From an uncultured beta proteobacterium (lineage in GTDB: Bacteria > Pseudomonadota > Gammaproteobacteria > Burkholderiales > Burkholderiaceae_F), in contig CAWBRQ010000003.1 in the NCBI GenBank assembly GCA_963791315.1, positions 86,339-150,338 on the forward strand: DNA of 64,000 nt. The letters are read 5' to 3'. The notes beneath the pieces are model-generated. The model ran no database searches. It saw only the letters and a program-made list of their open reading frames with translations, and was not told the origin of the DNA. Shown here one piece after another: positions 20,454 through 30,174 of this stretch. Numbering within the stretch: position 1 is the first letter of the stretch; every line of letters begins with the position of its first letter. The translations under genes were made by a program, and so were the position numbers.

Positions 20454-21382
20454 GCGGTCGCGGCAAGCATCGTTTTCGGCAGACCCGCGCGCCACAGGGA
20501 GCCGTGCAGAGTTTCGCCTTCAAGCCAGCGAGCGACCTTCGAGCGCAACGCAATCAACCGATCGAAGTCCTGGCCTGTAGACACTCCCATGCTGGCAAAC
20601 ATGTACACAACGTCTTCTGTCGATACGTTGCCGCTCGCGCCCGGTGCGTGCGGGCAGCCGCCGATGCCCGCAAGGCACGCATCGAAGCGCGTGATCCCTA
20701 CTTGCCACGCCGCGAAAACGTTCGCCATTCCGAGTCCGCGCGTGTCGTGAAAGTGTCCGCAGTTCAAACGGTCGCCCGCGATCGGCAGCGCTTGCTCGAA
20801 CAAACTCTTGACCATCGATGGATCGGCATAGCCCACGGTATCCGCCAGTCCGACGCGATCGACGCCGGCATCGAGTACCGCGCGCAACAGGCGCAACACC
20901 TCGGCTGACTCGACCTTGCCCTGCAATGTGCAGCCGAATGCGGTGCTGATGCCGACTTCGATCAGGCACTTCGACGCCTTCGCATCGCGCAGGTCGCGAA
21001 TGCGGGCAATCTCTGCCACAACGTCGTCCGGCGTCTTGCGCAGGTTCGCCAGACTGTGTGCATGGCTTGCAGACAGAGGCACCAGCATCGCATCCGCGCC
21101 GGATTCGATCGCGCGCTCGGCACCTTTCAGATTCGGTACGAGCACGGACACGCAAAGTCCGGGCAACGTCTTCGCAAATTCGACCAATTGATCGGTGTCG
21201 GCCAGCTGCGGTAGCAGACGCGCGGGGACGAACGAGCCGACTTCGATCTCGCGCTGCCCCGCCGCGTATGCGTCGCGGATCCATTCGAACTTTTGCGTGG
21301 TCGGCAGTACTCGCGCAATGCTTTGCAGCCCGTCGCGCAGGCCCACCTCACGAACGATCGCCGATTGAGTTTCAAGCTTCAT
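20450..21382 (-). CDS. Hydroxymethylglutaryl-CoA lyase family protein
   Basis: The start is MKLETQSAIVREVGLRDGLQS (the DRE-TIM lyase motif), with HFHDTRGLG and GGCPHAPGASGN further on. The 68 upstream codons in the ORF track are not credible. Confidence 0.85.
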   Translation of the reverse strand: MKLETQSAIVREVGLRDGLQSIARVLPTTQKFEWIRDAYAAGQREIEVGSFVPARLLPQLADTDQLVEFAKTLPGLCVSVLVPNLKGAERAIESGADAMLVPLSASHAHSLANLRKTPDDVVAEIARIRDLRDAKASKCLIEVGISTAFGCTLQGKVESAEVLRLLRAVLDAGVDRVGLADTVGYADPSMVKSLFEQALPIAGDRLNCGHFHDTRGLGMANVFAAWQVGITRFDACLAGIGGCPHAPGASGNVSTEDVVYMFASMGVSTGQDFDRLIALRSKVARWLEGETLHGSLWRAGLPKTMLAATA

Positions 21383-21399
21383 CTTGTCTATGGCAGATG

Positions 21400-21711
21400 T
21401 TAGCGGCGCGAGCCTTTGGCTGTCGCTTGCACCTGCCGTCGCAGTTGCTCGACTTCCTCGATCAAATCCGCCACCAGTGCTGCAACCTCCTGGTTGGCGT
21501 CGAAACGGCGTTCGGTCGTCACCATGCGGCGCGCACGCACCAAATGGGCGCTGGCAAATCGCATCTCGCCCGAAGATGACTGGCATGCAAGCAAGCCCGC
21601 TTCAACACGTTCGATCACCCAGGTGGGCGGAACCGCGCATGCCGATGCGAGCTCTTGCAGATCCAGTGTTTCTTCATCGACCAGCACCGCGTCCACTTTA
21701 TGTCGTGTCAT
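21400..21711 (-). CDS. cbpM: Chaperone modulatory protein CbpM (MerR-like fold)
   Basis: 103 aa. It lies immediately downstream of cbpA and overlaps it, the conserved cbpA-cbpM arrangement. It contains the LQELASACAVPPTWVIERVEAGLL pattern. Confidence 0.7.
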   Translation of the reverse strand: MTRHKVDAVLVDEETLDLQELASACAVPPTWVIERVEAGLLACQSSSGEMRFASAHLVRARRMVTTERRFDANQEVAALVADLIEEVEQLRRQVQATAKGSRR

Positions 21712-22673
21712 CGTTGTCCTCCCACTTGCTCGCGCGGATTGAATGACGAAAACTCGCGCGCCATCGTCTGGTACACCTCGCGTGCCTTTTCAGTGTTCGC
21801 CGGAGGTGACACCAGCTCGAGCTCGAGATACAGGTCGCCCGGCGGATTGCCTGGAATTCCGCGTCCCTTCAGTCGTAACTTGCGGCCGTTGTTCGAGCTG
21901 GGTGGCACCTTGACCTCGACACGGCCCGCCGGCGTCGTCACTTCGATCGACGCGCCCAGTGCCGCCTCCCACGGCGCGACCGGCACCGTCTGCGTCACAT
22001 CGCGCCCTTCAATGCGATAACGCGCGTCGGACTCAAACTCAACTTCAAGATAAATATCGCCTGCCGGCCCTCCATTGAGTCCCGGACTTCCCTGTCCACG
22101 CAGCCGAATGCTCTGACCTTCCTTGACGCCCTTCGGAATGTGCACGTCAAGTACGCGCTCGGCGCTGACCACATTGCCGGATTCATCGAGGCGTGCTTCG
22201 CGCAAAGCAAGCGAGCGCGTCGCACCGTGGTACGCGTCGGCCAGGTTGATGGAAATCTTGGCGTGCTGATCTGCGCCGCGCATTTGCGCGCGTGCTCCAC
22301 CGCCCTGTCCACCACCCCGTCGTGCTCGCGCGGCGCGGCCAAACAGCGCGTTGAAGAAATCGCTGAAGTCGCCGTCGTCTCCGCCCGGAGAACCCGCATT
22401 CGAGAATTCGAAACCCGCGTCCCAACCCGGCGGTGGCTGAAAGTCCTGCCCCGCTGCCCGGCGCTGCGCGAGCTTGTCGAACGCGGCACGCTTTTCCGGA
22501 TCCGATAGCACTGCGTACGCTTCATTGACCTCTGACATGCGCGCGGAAGCATCGGATTCCTTGCTGACGTCCGGGTGATATTTGCGTGCAAGCTTGCGAT
22601 ACGCCTTCTTGATCTCGTCGGCGCTTGCAGTTGGTTCGACCCCGAGCGTCTTGTAGTACTCCTTGAACTCCAT
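21708..22673 (-). CDS. cbpA: Curved-DNA-binding protein CbpA (DnaJ-class co-chaperone without the Zn finger)
   Basis: It has a J domain (YYKTLGVEPTASADEIKKAYRKLARKYHPDV), a G-rich linker and the DnaJ C-terminal domains, with no CxxCxGxG repeats. Confidence 0.85.
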   Translation of the reverse strand: MEFKEYYKTLGVEPTASADEIKKAYRKLARKYHPDVSKESDASARMSEVNEAYAVLSDPEKRAAFDKLAQRRAAGQDFQPPPGWDAGFEFSNAGSPGGDDGDFSDFFNALFGRAARARRGGGQGGGARAQMRGADQHAKISINLADAYHGATRSLALREARLDESGNVVSAERVLDVHIPKGVKEGQSIRLRGQGSPGLNGGPAGDIYLEVEFESDARYRIEGRDVTQTVPVAPWEAALGASIEVTTPAGRVEVKVPPSSNNGRKLRLKGRGIPGNPPGDLYLELELVSPPANTEKAREVYQTMAREFSSFNPREQVGGQR

Positions 22674-22724
22674 CAGTGATCCCTGTCTCGCGGTCAGAGC
22701 ATGCGAAAATGCCGCTCAGACCGT

Positions 22725-23402
22725 ATGTTAATTACGCCGCCACTGTCGATCGACATTGTTTCCGATGTCGTGTGTCCCTGGTGCTATGTCGGCAAGCGCC
22801 GGCTTGAGGCTGCGCTTGCGCAGCGCGCGAGCGATGATGCGCCGGTTCAAGTGCGCTGGCTCGCGTTTCAGCTCAACCCCGACATTCCTGCTGGCGGCGT
22901 CGATCGGCGCACCTATCTCGAGCAGAAATTCGGCGGACCTGAGCGCGCCAAGCAGATTTACGCGCGCATCAAAGCGGCCGGAGACGAAGTCGGGATCTCA
23001 TTCGACTTCGAGCGCATTGCGCGCCAGCCGAACACGGTCAATGCGCATCGTCTGATTGCGTGGGCACAGGATGTCGATTTGAACGCATCCGACGCAGTGA
23101 TCGAGCGACTGTTCCGTGCCTATTTTGTAGAGGGCATCAATATCGGCGACATCGACGCTCTCGCGCGCTTGGCAGGTGACGCAGGTTTTGATGCGACCGC
23201 CGCGCGAGCGTGGCTCGTTTCCGACGCTGGACGCTCGGCAGTCGAGGCCGAAGAGCAGCGCGCACGCGCACTCGGCGTCACCGGCGTACCTTTCTTTGTC
23301 TTCAATCAGCGCTTGGCGGTGTCGGGCGCTCAACCGCCCGAGGTGTTGCTAGGCGCGATCGAGCAGGCCGCGATGGCAGAGCTTGAAAGTGGCCCCGCTT
23401 AA
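22725..23402 (+). CDS. DsbA-family oxidoreductase (FrnE / 2-hydroxychromene-2-carboxylate isomerase-like)
   Basis: The start is MLITPPLSIDIVSDVVCPWCYVGKRRLE, with a CPWC thioredoxin-fold motif, and GVTGVPFFVF lies near the C-terminus. Confidence 0.8.
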   Translation: MLITPPLSIDIVSDVVCPWCYVGKRRLEAALAQRASDDAPVQVRWLAFQLNPDIPAGGVDRRTYLEQKFGGPERAKQIYARIKAAGDEVGISFDFERIARQPNTVNAHRLIAWAQDVDLNASDAVIERLFRAYFVEGINIGDIDALARLAGDAGFDATAARAWLVSDAGRSAVEAEEQRARALGVTGVPFFVFNQRLAVSGAQPPEVLLGAIEQAAMAELESGPA

Positions 23403-23538
23403 GGCACCCGCCAGTATCGCGTGATGTGAAAGAAAATCGGCGCGGCGAATATCACCGAATACAGCCGATCAGCGAGTTCGCTCGGTATGTCGCAGACTCG
23501 TTAAGCTTCGACCAGACTAGAAACAACAATAGTTTGCA

Positions 23539-24888
23539 ATGAGTTCCAACTTCGCAGCGCCGCTTTGGCGACGCTACGTTGCGCGCGCACTTTCGCAGCT
23601 TCGACTCGCGCCCGACGATCTTTTGCGCGACGCCACGTATCGCCGCTTGTGGACGTCGATCCTGATCAGCTCCTTCGGTGGCCAGGTGACGATGCTCGCG
23701 CTGCCGCTGACGGCGGCCGTGTTACTGCACGCGACGCCGACGCAGATGGGTTTGTTGACGGCGATGGAAGTCGTGCCGTTCGTTCTGTTTTCATTGCCTT
23801 CGGGCGTGTGGCTCGATCGCGTGCGCAAGCTGCCGGTGTATGTGATCGGCGAGTCGATATTGGCGCTGATAGTCGCAAGCGTCCCGCTCGCGTGGTGGTT
23901 GGGCTGGCTGTCGATGCTCTGGCTGTATATCGTCGGCTTTGCAATTGGCACCGTAGCGACGATCGCTGGCAGCGCGGCGCAGATTGTGCTGACGCAAGTT
24001 GTCGCGCGCGAGCGGTTGGTCGAAGCGCACGCGAAGAACGCGCTTGCATCTTCGTCCGCCGACGTCGCTGGTCCGGCTGCGGCGGGCGTGTTGATCAAGC
24101 TGGTCGGTGCACCTCTCGCGCTGCTTGCCGATGCGGTGCTGCTTGCCATTTCCGCTGCCATCTTGCGCGGCATCCAGGTGCAGGAGGGCGCGCAATTCGC
24201 GGCGGCGCGGTTCTGGCCGGCGATGCGTGCCGGCCTTGTATTCGTCGCACGGCACCGTTTGCTGCTGACGATGGCATGCATCGTCGGCGGATGGCAGATG
24301 TGCCATCACGCTGCGCTGGTGGTTCAAATCCTGTTTGCCACACGCACGCTCGGATTGTCGGAGGGTGCTGTTGGATTGTGTTTCGTCGGGCTCGGCGTCG
24401 GCACGATTGCGGCCAGCACGGTAGGCAATCGCATCGCGCGCCGTCTGGGCCCGGGCCCGACGTTGGTGCTTGGCGTCGCAACATGCGGCGTTGGCTGGCT
24501 GCTCGGATCAATCGCACCGGCGTCGGCGGTCGGCGTGGCGATGTTCGCGGCCATGTTGATGATGTTCGGCGTCGGCGCGGTGCTGATCTTCATCACGTTC
24601 CTTGCGATGCGGCAAGCCGTTACGCCTGCGCCGCTGCTGGGCCGCATGACCAGCACGATGCGCTGGCTGATTCTGCTACCCGCAGGGCCTGGCGCGCTGC
24701 TTGGCGGCTGGCTCGGTGAGCACTACGGATTGCGCTCGGCACTGGTTTTTGCGGGAAGCGCGGCATTGGCGCTCGCAGCGCTGGCATGGCGCCAGCCGGT
24801 GATCCGAAAAACGCGCGCACTACCGCGCATCGACGATGACTCGCTGTCGGAAAACTCCGATCAAGCGTCTGCCGCCAGCAGTGTCTAG
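23539..24888 (+). CDS. MFS transporter (EntS/MFS_3-like)
   Basis: 449 aa with about 12 TM helices. The N-terminal YRRLWTSILISSFGGQVTMLALPL is typical of this subgroup. Confidence 0.8.
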   Translation: MSSNFAAPLWRRYVARALSQLRLAPDDLLRDATYRRLWTSILISSFGGQVTMLALPLTAAVLLHATPTQMGLLTAMEVVPFVLFSLPSGVWLDRVRKLPVYVIGESILALIVASVPLAWWLGWLSMLWLYIVGFAIGTVATIAGSAAQIVLTQVVARERLVEAHAKNALASSSADVAGPAAAGVLIKLVGAPLALLADAVLLAISAAILRGIQVQEGAQFAAARFWPAMRAGLVFVARHRLLLTMACIVGGWQMCHHAALVVQILFATRTLGLSEGAVGLCFVGLGVGTIAASTVGNRIARRLGPGPTLVLGVATCGVGWLLGSIAPASAVGVAMFAAMLMMFGVGAVLIFITFLAMRQAVTPAPLLGRMTSTMRWLILLPAGPGALLGGWLGEHYGLRSALVFAGSAALALAALAWRQPVIRKTRALPRIDDDSLSENSDQASAASSV

Positions 24889-25761
24889 CTACCTAGATCC
24901 GACAGACACCGACTTGCCGGTTGCTACGTCGAACGCGGTGCCGTTTTCGAGGTTGATGCGATAGAACTCGCGCAGCACATTGCCCGAGAAGCCGATCTCG
25001 ACGATCGAAACGTCTTTGAAGGAGGTGTTGATCCCGTCCGGTAGCACCTTGTTCAGATCATCGGCGACCTGTTTCATCGCCGCCTGCACATTCGGGTCGA
25101 ACTTCGTCATGCTGTAGACAAGCGTGTTGTGCGGATTATGCGAGCGCACTTCCTTGCCGTCCTTGATCACATTCACACCGCTCACCCCCATCGTTCGCGT
25201 CAATTCCTTCGCGCCATCGCTCATGTTGGCGTAAACGGGGCCGGTGCATCGCGGCAGCGGACCGTCTCGCAGCGGTGCAAGCGCCGCTGTCGCCACCGTA
25301 TTGAACGCCATCATGTCCTCGAAACCCTTGCCGCTCTTCACAATGCCTAGATCGAGCCACCAGGGCTGACCCGCGCCCTTCGACGCTTCGGTCGTGTAAA
25401 AATCCTTCAGCGTGATGTTAAGAACCGGCGGCACCTTGGGCAGTGCGCTGAGCATCTTCTGTGGCGTCGAGGGATCTGCGCTGTGGATGTGAACCACCGT
25501 TACGTGCGGCAGGTTGAAGGTTCTCGCTTCGGCCTCGAGTCCGTTCTTGACCAGGCGTTCTTTCAATGGCCCGCTGACCCGGGCATCCAGCACGTCGGTG
25601 ACGTCTTTCGGCAGGCGATACACCACGCCATAGGTGGCCTTGTGCTCGCGAAATTCGGGCTGACCGATTGAACTGTTATCGATAGCATTCGCAGCGGTGG
25701 CGATCATTGTGCCGGCGATTCCTGCTGCAACTCCGAACATCGCGTCACGGAATGCGTTCAT
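24889..25761 (-). CDS. Exported hypothetical protein with two HxT motifs (possible 2H-phosphoesterase fold)
   Basis: It has a hydrophobic leader (MFGVAAGIAGTMIATAANA) and two motifs, LPHVTVVH and NPHNTLVY, about 130 residues apart. It overlaps the 3' end of the upstream PepSY gene by 17 nt, or by 0 nt if the start is the ATG at 25740. Confidence 0.55.
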   Translation of the reverse strand: MNAFRDAMFGVAAGIAGTMIATAANAIDNSSIGQPEFREHKATYGVVYRLPKDVTDVLDARVSGPLKERLVKNGLEAEARTFNLPHVTVVHIHSADPSTPQKMLSALPKVPPVLNITLKDFYTTEASKGAGQPWWLDLGIVKSGKGFEDMMAFNTVATAALAPLRDGPLPRCTGPVYANMSDGAKELTRTMGVSGVNVIKDGKEVRSHNPHNTLVYSMTKFDPNVQAAMKQVADDLNKVLPDGINTSFKDVSIVEIGFSGNVLREFYRINLENGTAFDVATGKSVSVGSR

Positions 25762-26962
25762 CGGTCCTCCCCATCGAATAATTAAACGAGATGCGGTTCA
25801 GTTTACTGTGCGACAACCGCGTGCGCGCTTTCTCCCGCTCGCGCGCAATGCGCTCACCGCGCCGTTTGCGCAGCCACACCCAAAGGCCGGTAAACACCAG
25901 CAGCATCGGCACCAGCCCGGTGGTGCACATGGCGATCTGCCCCGCGGTCCCGAACGCGGTTCCGCTATGCAGGGGAAATAACCAATGCATGAAGCCTTCG
26001 CCCGCGGTGCGGGTGCGCGGGCTGCGCTCGATCATCATCTCGCCGCTGAGCGGATTGATCCACGCGATCGTATCGCCGAGGCGGTGCACGTCGCCGGGTC
26101 TCTTCAGATAGTAAAGATGCCCGGCCATCTGCCGCGGTGAGCCGTGCACTTCGAGCAGCGTGTGTTCAGGGAAACGCTGCCTGACGTCGGCGATCACGCG
26201 GTCGAGCTGCAACGGTTCTTGGCCGTTTTGCGTCGCCCACGGCACCGTTGGAAAGGGCGCGACTTTCGAAAACACGCTGACCAGGTCGCGCACATAGTTC
26301 ACATAGACAAGCGTGGCGCCAGTCAGCGTCGCCAGCAGCAGTGTTATTGCGAAGAGGATTCCGGTCGAACGATGAAAGTCGTACGCGATCCGCGTCGCCG
26401 ACGTGCGCGGGTTGAGCCACACGAGACGTCGCAGCGCGGCACGAGTACGGGGCGCGGCTAGAACGAAACCGGTGATCGCTGACGTCAGCAGCAAGAGGCC
26501 GGCGATACCGACGATGTTCGATCCAACGTTGCCAAGCAACACGTTGCGATGAAACTCGTACAGCGTGCGCAGAAAATCAGGCTCCGAGACGCCGAGCGAT
26601 TCAAGCGAGCGTGCGCCGAGAAACGCTCCGTCGACCGGATCGAACATCGCCTCGATTCGCTCGGCGCCTACGCGTCGCGGCCTGACACGCATCGTCAGCC
26701 GGTAAACCTGGCCGTCGGCAACAGGAAACCGGATTTTTTCGACGAGTCCGAGCGGATATGCAGAGTCGGCGCGCTCGACGATTGCCTGCGCACTCAACTG
26801 CGTGCCGTGCGAAGCGGTAGTCAGCAGACGTGGGTTAAGCCACGCGTCGATTGGGTCTTCGAATACGAGGATGGCGCCACTGAGTCCAACCAGAGCGAAC
26901 CAGACACCGAGACCGATGCCAAGCCAACGGTGGACAGTGAACCACTTCGAGCGCGCCCGCAC
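25745..26962 (-). CDS. PepSY-associated TM helix domain protein (PiuB/FoxB-like)
   Basis: 405 aa. WFTVHRWLGIGLGVWFALVGLSGAILVF is the hallmark N-terminus, with 4 TM segments and HWLFPLHSG near the C-terminus. Confidence 0.8.
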   Translation of the reverse strand: MRARSKWFTVHRWLGIGLGVWFALVGLSGAILVFEDPIDAWLNPRLLTTASHGTQLSAQAIVERADSAYPLGLVEKIRFPVADGQVYRLTMRVRPRRVGAERIEAMFDPVDGAFLGARSLESLGVSEPDFLRTLYEFHRNVLLGNVGSNIVGIAGLLLLTSAITGFVLAAPRTRAALRRLVWLNPRTSATRIAYDFHRSTGILFAITLLLATLTGATLVYVNYVRDLVSVFSKVAPFPTVPWATQNGQEPLQLDRVIADVRQRFPEHTLLEVHGSPRQMAGHLYYLKRPGDVHRLGDTIAWINPLSGEMMIERSPRTRTAGEGFMHWLFPLHSGTAFGTAGQIAMCTTGLVPMLLVFTGLWVWLRKRRGERIAREREKARTRLSHSKLNRISFNYSMGRTDERIP

Positions 26963-27031
26963 GCGTCACCTCCATCCATCGCGGAGCTTGCGGAAACGCG
27001 AATACTCTAGCGCAGGACGCTACCTACGAGC

Positions 27032-28702
27032 CTATTCGTCGATAACGCGCTTTTTGCGCCAGACCTCGAGCAGCGCCTTGAACTTGTCACGCGTCGATAC
27101 TTCTTCATCCGACAGTACATCCAGGAAATCCGACAGGCGCCGCGATTTGACGATCGTATAGAAGGTCAGGAACGCCGTCGGCACAAAGACCACCACAAAA
27201 AAGATGACTTTCTCCGCCAGCGAAACCTCGGTTAGGCCAATCAGGTTCATGCCGATGAAACCGGTTGTTATCGTGCCTATCAGCCCGAAGGTCGTCACCA
27301 CTGTCAGTCGCAGCACCGTGTTTGTGTGACGACGTATGGTGTCCGTTTCCAGGTATTGGTTCATGCTGTAGATGCGCTCTCTAACGTCGTCATACAACGC
27401 ATCGAGTTTCAGGTGGCCAGCGGTCAGTTCGAATAGCGACCGCGACTGTGATTGCTCCGACACCTCGTGGAACCAGTAGCGGTGGGTGAAGCGCAGGAAG
27501 ATCTCGAAGTTCTGTCGCACGCTGCGCTTGAAGCGCCGCACCGAATCGGCGCTTCCAATATCAAGGCGTTTTAGCGCCTCTGCCAGGCGATCGGCGAACA
27601 TCAACAACGCGGCGCGCTGAAAATGCGCAATCAGGAACAGTAAGAACTGCTGATGCCTGAATTGCCCGAGCACGCCGCGTTCGTTGTCCAGAAAATATTT
27701 GGATTGCGCGTCGCCGATGACGATCAGGCTGCGTCCGCTCGCCAAATAGCGCGTATTCGGTGACGGCCCGACGTCGCACCAGAAGCGGTCGTCGCAATAT
27801 CGCTGTTCAAAATCTGCAACGTGACTCTCCGAATACGGCATTCCGCTTTCGGCGCTTGCACCGGTGCCGAGCCCGAGTCGGATAAAGTCGTTACGCGCCA
27901 GCTTGCGCGGTTCATCGACCGCGATCAACGCCATCACCGGCATCCGGTAATACTCGATCTGCCGATAGCGGATCACGCCAGGCTCCTCGACGTGATCGAG
28001 CACCAGCGGCCGCATCAGAAACGCCCAGTGTGAGCTGATGCGCGGTGCCCGATGCTTCGACACAAACGACAGGAATTTGTCGCGATCACCCGAATCCGAC
28101 TGCGCCAGGACCGTGCCGTCCGTGGCGAGCCACTGCAAGGTGTGCAGGCAGTGCAATCCGTCGCCGTTGGCTTCCCAACCGGCGGGGTATGCGCGGCCGA
28201 AGCGATACAGCAACTCCTGCGTTTGCTGCAATGTCAAATGATCGCCGTGCACTTCAACGTTCAGTAACACGACGTCGATGTCGTAGAAGAAGTACAGGTC
28301 CACGTGCGCGATCGACAGCACGATCGGCTCCGCACCGGCACGTGGAACCATGCGCACCGACGCGATGTCATGCCGCCGATAGACGCGCATCGGTGAGCTG
28401 CCGGGTTCTTCGTCCTTGTTGCCGCTCTCCTTTTTCAGGCGGCTCTCGCCGTAAATGAATCGCTGCACGTAAGGCAGGAACGTGACGAACTCGCTGTAAT
28501 GACGGAGTTGAAACTCTTTGCCGTCGGGTGTGAACTCATCGAGCAACTCACGCCACGGGTTCTCGGCGATTTCCTGATCGAGCAGCTCCCAGTGTTCCTG
28601 AATCTGCGTCCCGTGCCGAATCGGCATCAGCTGCAGCGGCCACAGCAGGATCTGCCTGAAGTGGCGTACCACCGTCGTCGAATTCGTTGATTGCTCGGTC
28701 AC
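27032..28702 (-). CDS. CorA-superfamily (GMN motif) membrane protein with a large uncharacterised N-terminal domain
   Basis: 556 aa. The C-terminus has two TM helices bracketing GFIGMNLIG (the CorA YGMN-type signature). The first about 470 residues match nothing I recognise. Confidence 0.7.
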   Translation of the reverse strand: MTEQSTNSTTVVRHFRQILLWPLQLMPIRHGTQIQEHWELLDQEIAENPWRELLDEFTPDGKEFQLRHYSEFVTFLPYVQRFIYGESRLKKESGNKDEEPGSSPMRVYRRHDIASVRMVPRAGAEPIVLSIAHVDLYFFYDIDVVLLNVEVHGDHLTLQQTQELLYRFGRAYPAGWEANGDGLHCLHTLQWLATDGTVLAQSDSGDRDKFLSFVSKHRAPRISSHWAFLMRPLVLDHVEEPGVIRYRQIEYYRMPVMALIAVDEPRKLARNDFIRLGLGTGASAESGMPYSESHVADFEQRYCDDRFWCDVGPSPNTRYLASGRSLIVIGDAQSKYFLDNERGVLGQFRHQQFLLFLIAHFQRAALLMFADRLAEALKRLDIGSADSVRRFKRSVRQNFEIFLRFTHRYWFHEVSEQSQSRSLFELTAGHLKLDALYDDVRERIYSMNQYLETDTIRRHTNTVLRLTVVTTFGLIGTITTGFIGMNLIGLTEVSLAEKVIFFVVVFVPTAFLTFYTIVKSRRLSDFLDVLSDEEVSTRDKFKALLEVWRKKRVIDE

Positions 28703-28781
28703 GATTGCCTCCCCGCAGCCGGACCGAGTGTAGTTCGCGGCAGTGAAGCGCGCATGTTTACCCCTACACTTTGGGCGATCG

Positions 28782-29348
28782 ATGACCGATTCCGCGCAGC
28801 TGCAAAACGACCTTGCCCGCGTCGCCCTAGGCGATCGCGCCGCATTTGCGCGCGTTTATCAAGCCACCAGTGCGCATCTGTTTGGCGTCGCGCTTCGTAT
28901 ATTGAATCGGCGCGACGTGGCCGAGGACGTTTTGCAGGAGGCATTCGTGAGTGTCTGGCATCACGCGGGCAGTTATCAGGTCGCCAGCGGCCAGCCGATG
29001 ACATGGTTGATTTCGATTGTTCGCAACAAGGCGCTCGATGTCGTGCGCAGCGCGGCTGTGCGGCATGAGACCGAGATGCCGTTGACCGCTGAAGGCGAAG
29101 CAATCGATGTTCAGGACGATCGGCCCAGTCCTCTGCAGCTGTTGACGCAGGCCACCGATGCGCTGGCGATTCGTGGCTGCATGGAGGCGCTCGATGCTTC
29201 GCATCGGCAGTGCCTGGCGCTCGCTTACTACCAGGGCATGTCGCACTCCGAAGTGGCAACGCATATGCGCGCTCCATTGGGCAGCGTGAAGGCGTGGGTG
29301 CGGCGCGGCCTTGAACGATTGAAGAAGTGCCTGGAGAGCGGCCAGTGA
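28782..29348 (+). CDS. ECF (group IV) RNA polymerase sigma factor
   Basis: It has sigma-70 region 2 (DVLQEAFVSVWHHAGSY) and region 4 (LALAYYQGMSHSEVATHMRAPLGSVKAWVRRGLERLK). The start is placed at the ATG at 28782. Confidence 0.85.
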   Translation: MTDSAQLQNDLARVALGDRAAFARVYQATSAHLFGVALRILNRRDVAEDVLQEAFVSVWHHAGSYQVASGQPMTWLISIVRNKALDVVRSAAVRHETEMPLTAEGEAIDVQDDRPSPLQLLTQATDALAIRGCMEALDASHRQCLALAYYQGMSHSEVATHMRAPLGSVKAWVRRGLERLKKCLESGQ

Positions 29349-30082
29349 ATTACAACCGCGCCGATCTACTCGATCGCCTGGCGTCTGAGTACGTGCTGGG
29401 CACGCTGCACGGTGCTGCGCGGCGACGCTTTGACAAGCTGCTGACCGAGTCTCCGGCCGCGCGCACCGCGGTGCAGGCCTGGGAGATACGGTTGGCCGCG
29501 CTGGCCTCGTCGGTACCGTCCGTTGCGCCATCATCGCGTGTGTGGACGGCGACCGAAGCGCGGATTGCCTCGACCGCTTTGCGCCGCGGGTCGCGACCTT
29601 CCTGGTGGTCGAGCCTATGGAAGCCGGCGCTCGGCTTTGCATTGGGTGCAGCGTTGACGGTTGCACTCGTGCAGATGATGCCGGGTGCTTTTGTTTCGCT
29701 CGACGAGCTCGCGCAGCGCGAGCAGGCATTGCCGCAAAGCTACGTCGGCCTGTTGCTCGACCGCGAAAATCTGCCCACGTTGTTGATCAGCTCGACCCGG
29801 CATGGCACGCGCGTCACCGTCAAGTCGCTGCGTCCGGTCGCGGTACCAGCCGGCAAGGTCGCGCAGGTGTGGGCGCTGCCGAAAGAGGGTGCTGCATTCC
29901 CAATCGGTGTTGCCGTTCCAACCAAGCCGCCGGGCAGCACGTCATTTGAAATGAGTGCCACGTCGGAGAAGTTGCTCACCAATGTGACGCGGCTCGCGGT
30001 CTCGTTCGAAGATGCGCCGGCGCGTGCGGGTGCCACGCCCGCCGAATTCGTTCTTCTTGGCCCCTGCGTCAAGCTTTGGTAG
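29345..30082 (+). CDS. Anti-sigma factor (RskA-like)
   Basis: Its GTG start overlaps the sigma-factor stop (GTGA). The N-terminus LASEYVLGTLHGAARRRFDKLL is typical, followed by a single TM (LWKPALGFALGAALTVALV) and a periplasmic C-terminal domain. Confidence 0.75.
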   Translation: MNYNRADLLDRLASEYVLGTLHGAARRRFDKLLTESPAARTAVQAWEIRLAALASSVPSVAPSSRVWTATEARIASTALRRGSRPSWWSSLWKPALGFALGAALTVALVQMMPGAFVSLDELAQREQALPQSYVGLLLDRENLPTLLISSTRHGTRVTVKSLRPVAVPAGKVAQVWALPKEGAAFPIGVAVPTKPPGSTSFEMSATSEKLLTNVTRLAVSFEDAPARAGATPAEFVLLGPCVKLW

Positions 30083-30174
30083 AAAAACTCGGCGCGCGCT
30101 GCATCCGCTTCGCAATCCGCTGCGTATGTCTGCCAGGTGCTCGATGAGCGCCACTACTACGCAGAGGAAACCGA

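Noticed and set aside
23565-24719. A 384-aa plus-strand ORF (alternative frame of the MFS gene 23539-24888)
   Set aside because: It is extremely Arg/Ala/Gly-rich, whereas the overlapping frame gives a clean 12-TM MFS protein.
28827-29729. A 300-aa minus-strand ORF antisense to the ECF sigma and anti-sigma genes
   Set aside because: It is Arg/Ala-rich with no motifs. The sense strand has clear sigma-70 region 2 and 4 motifs.
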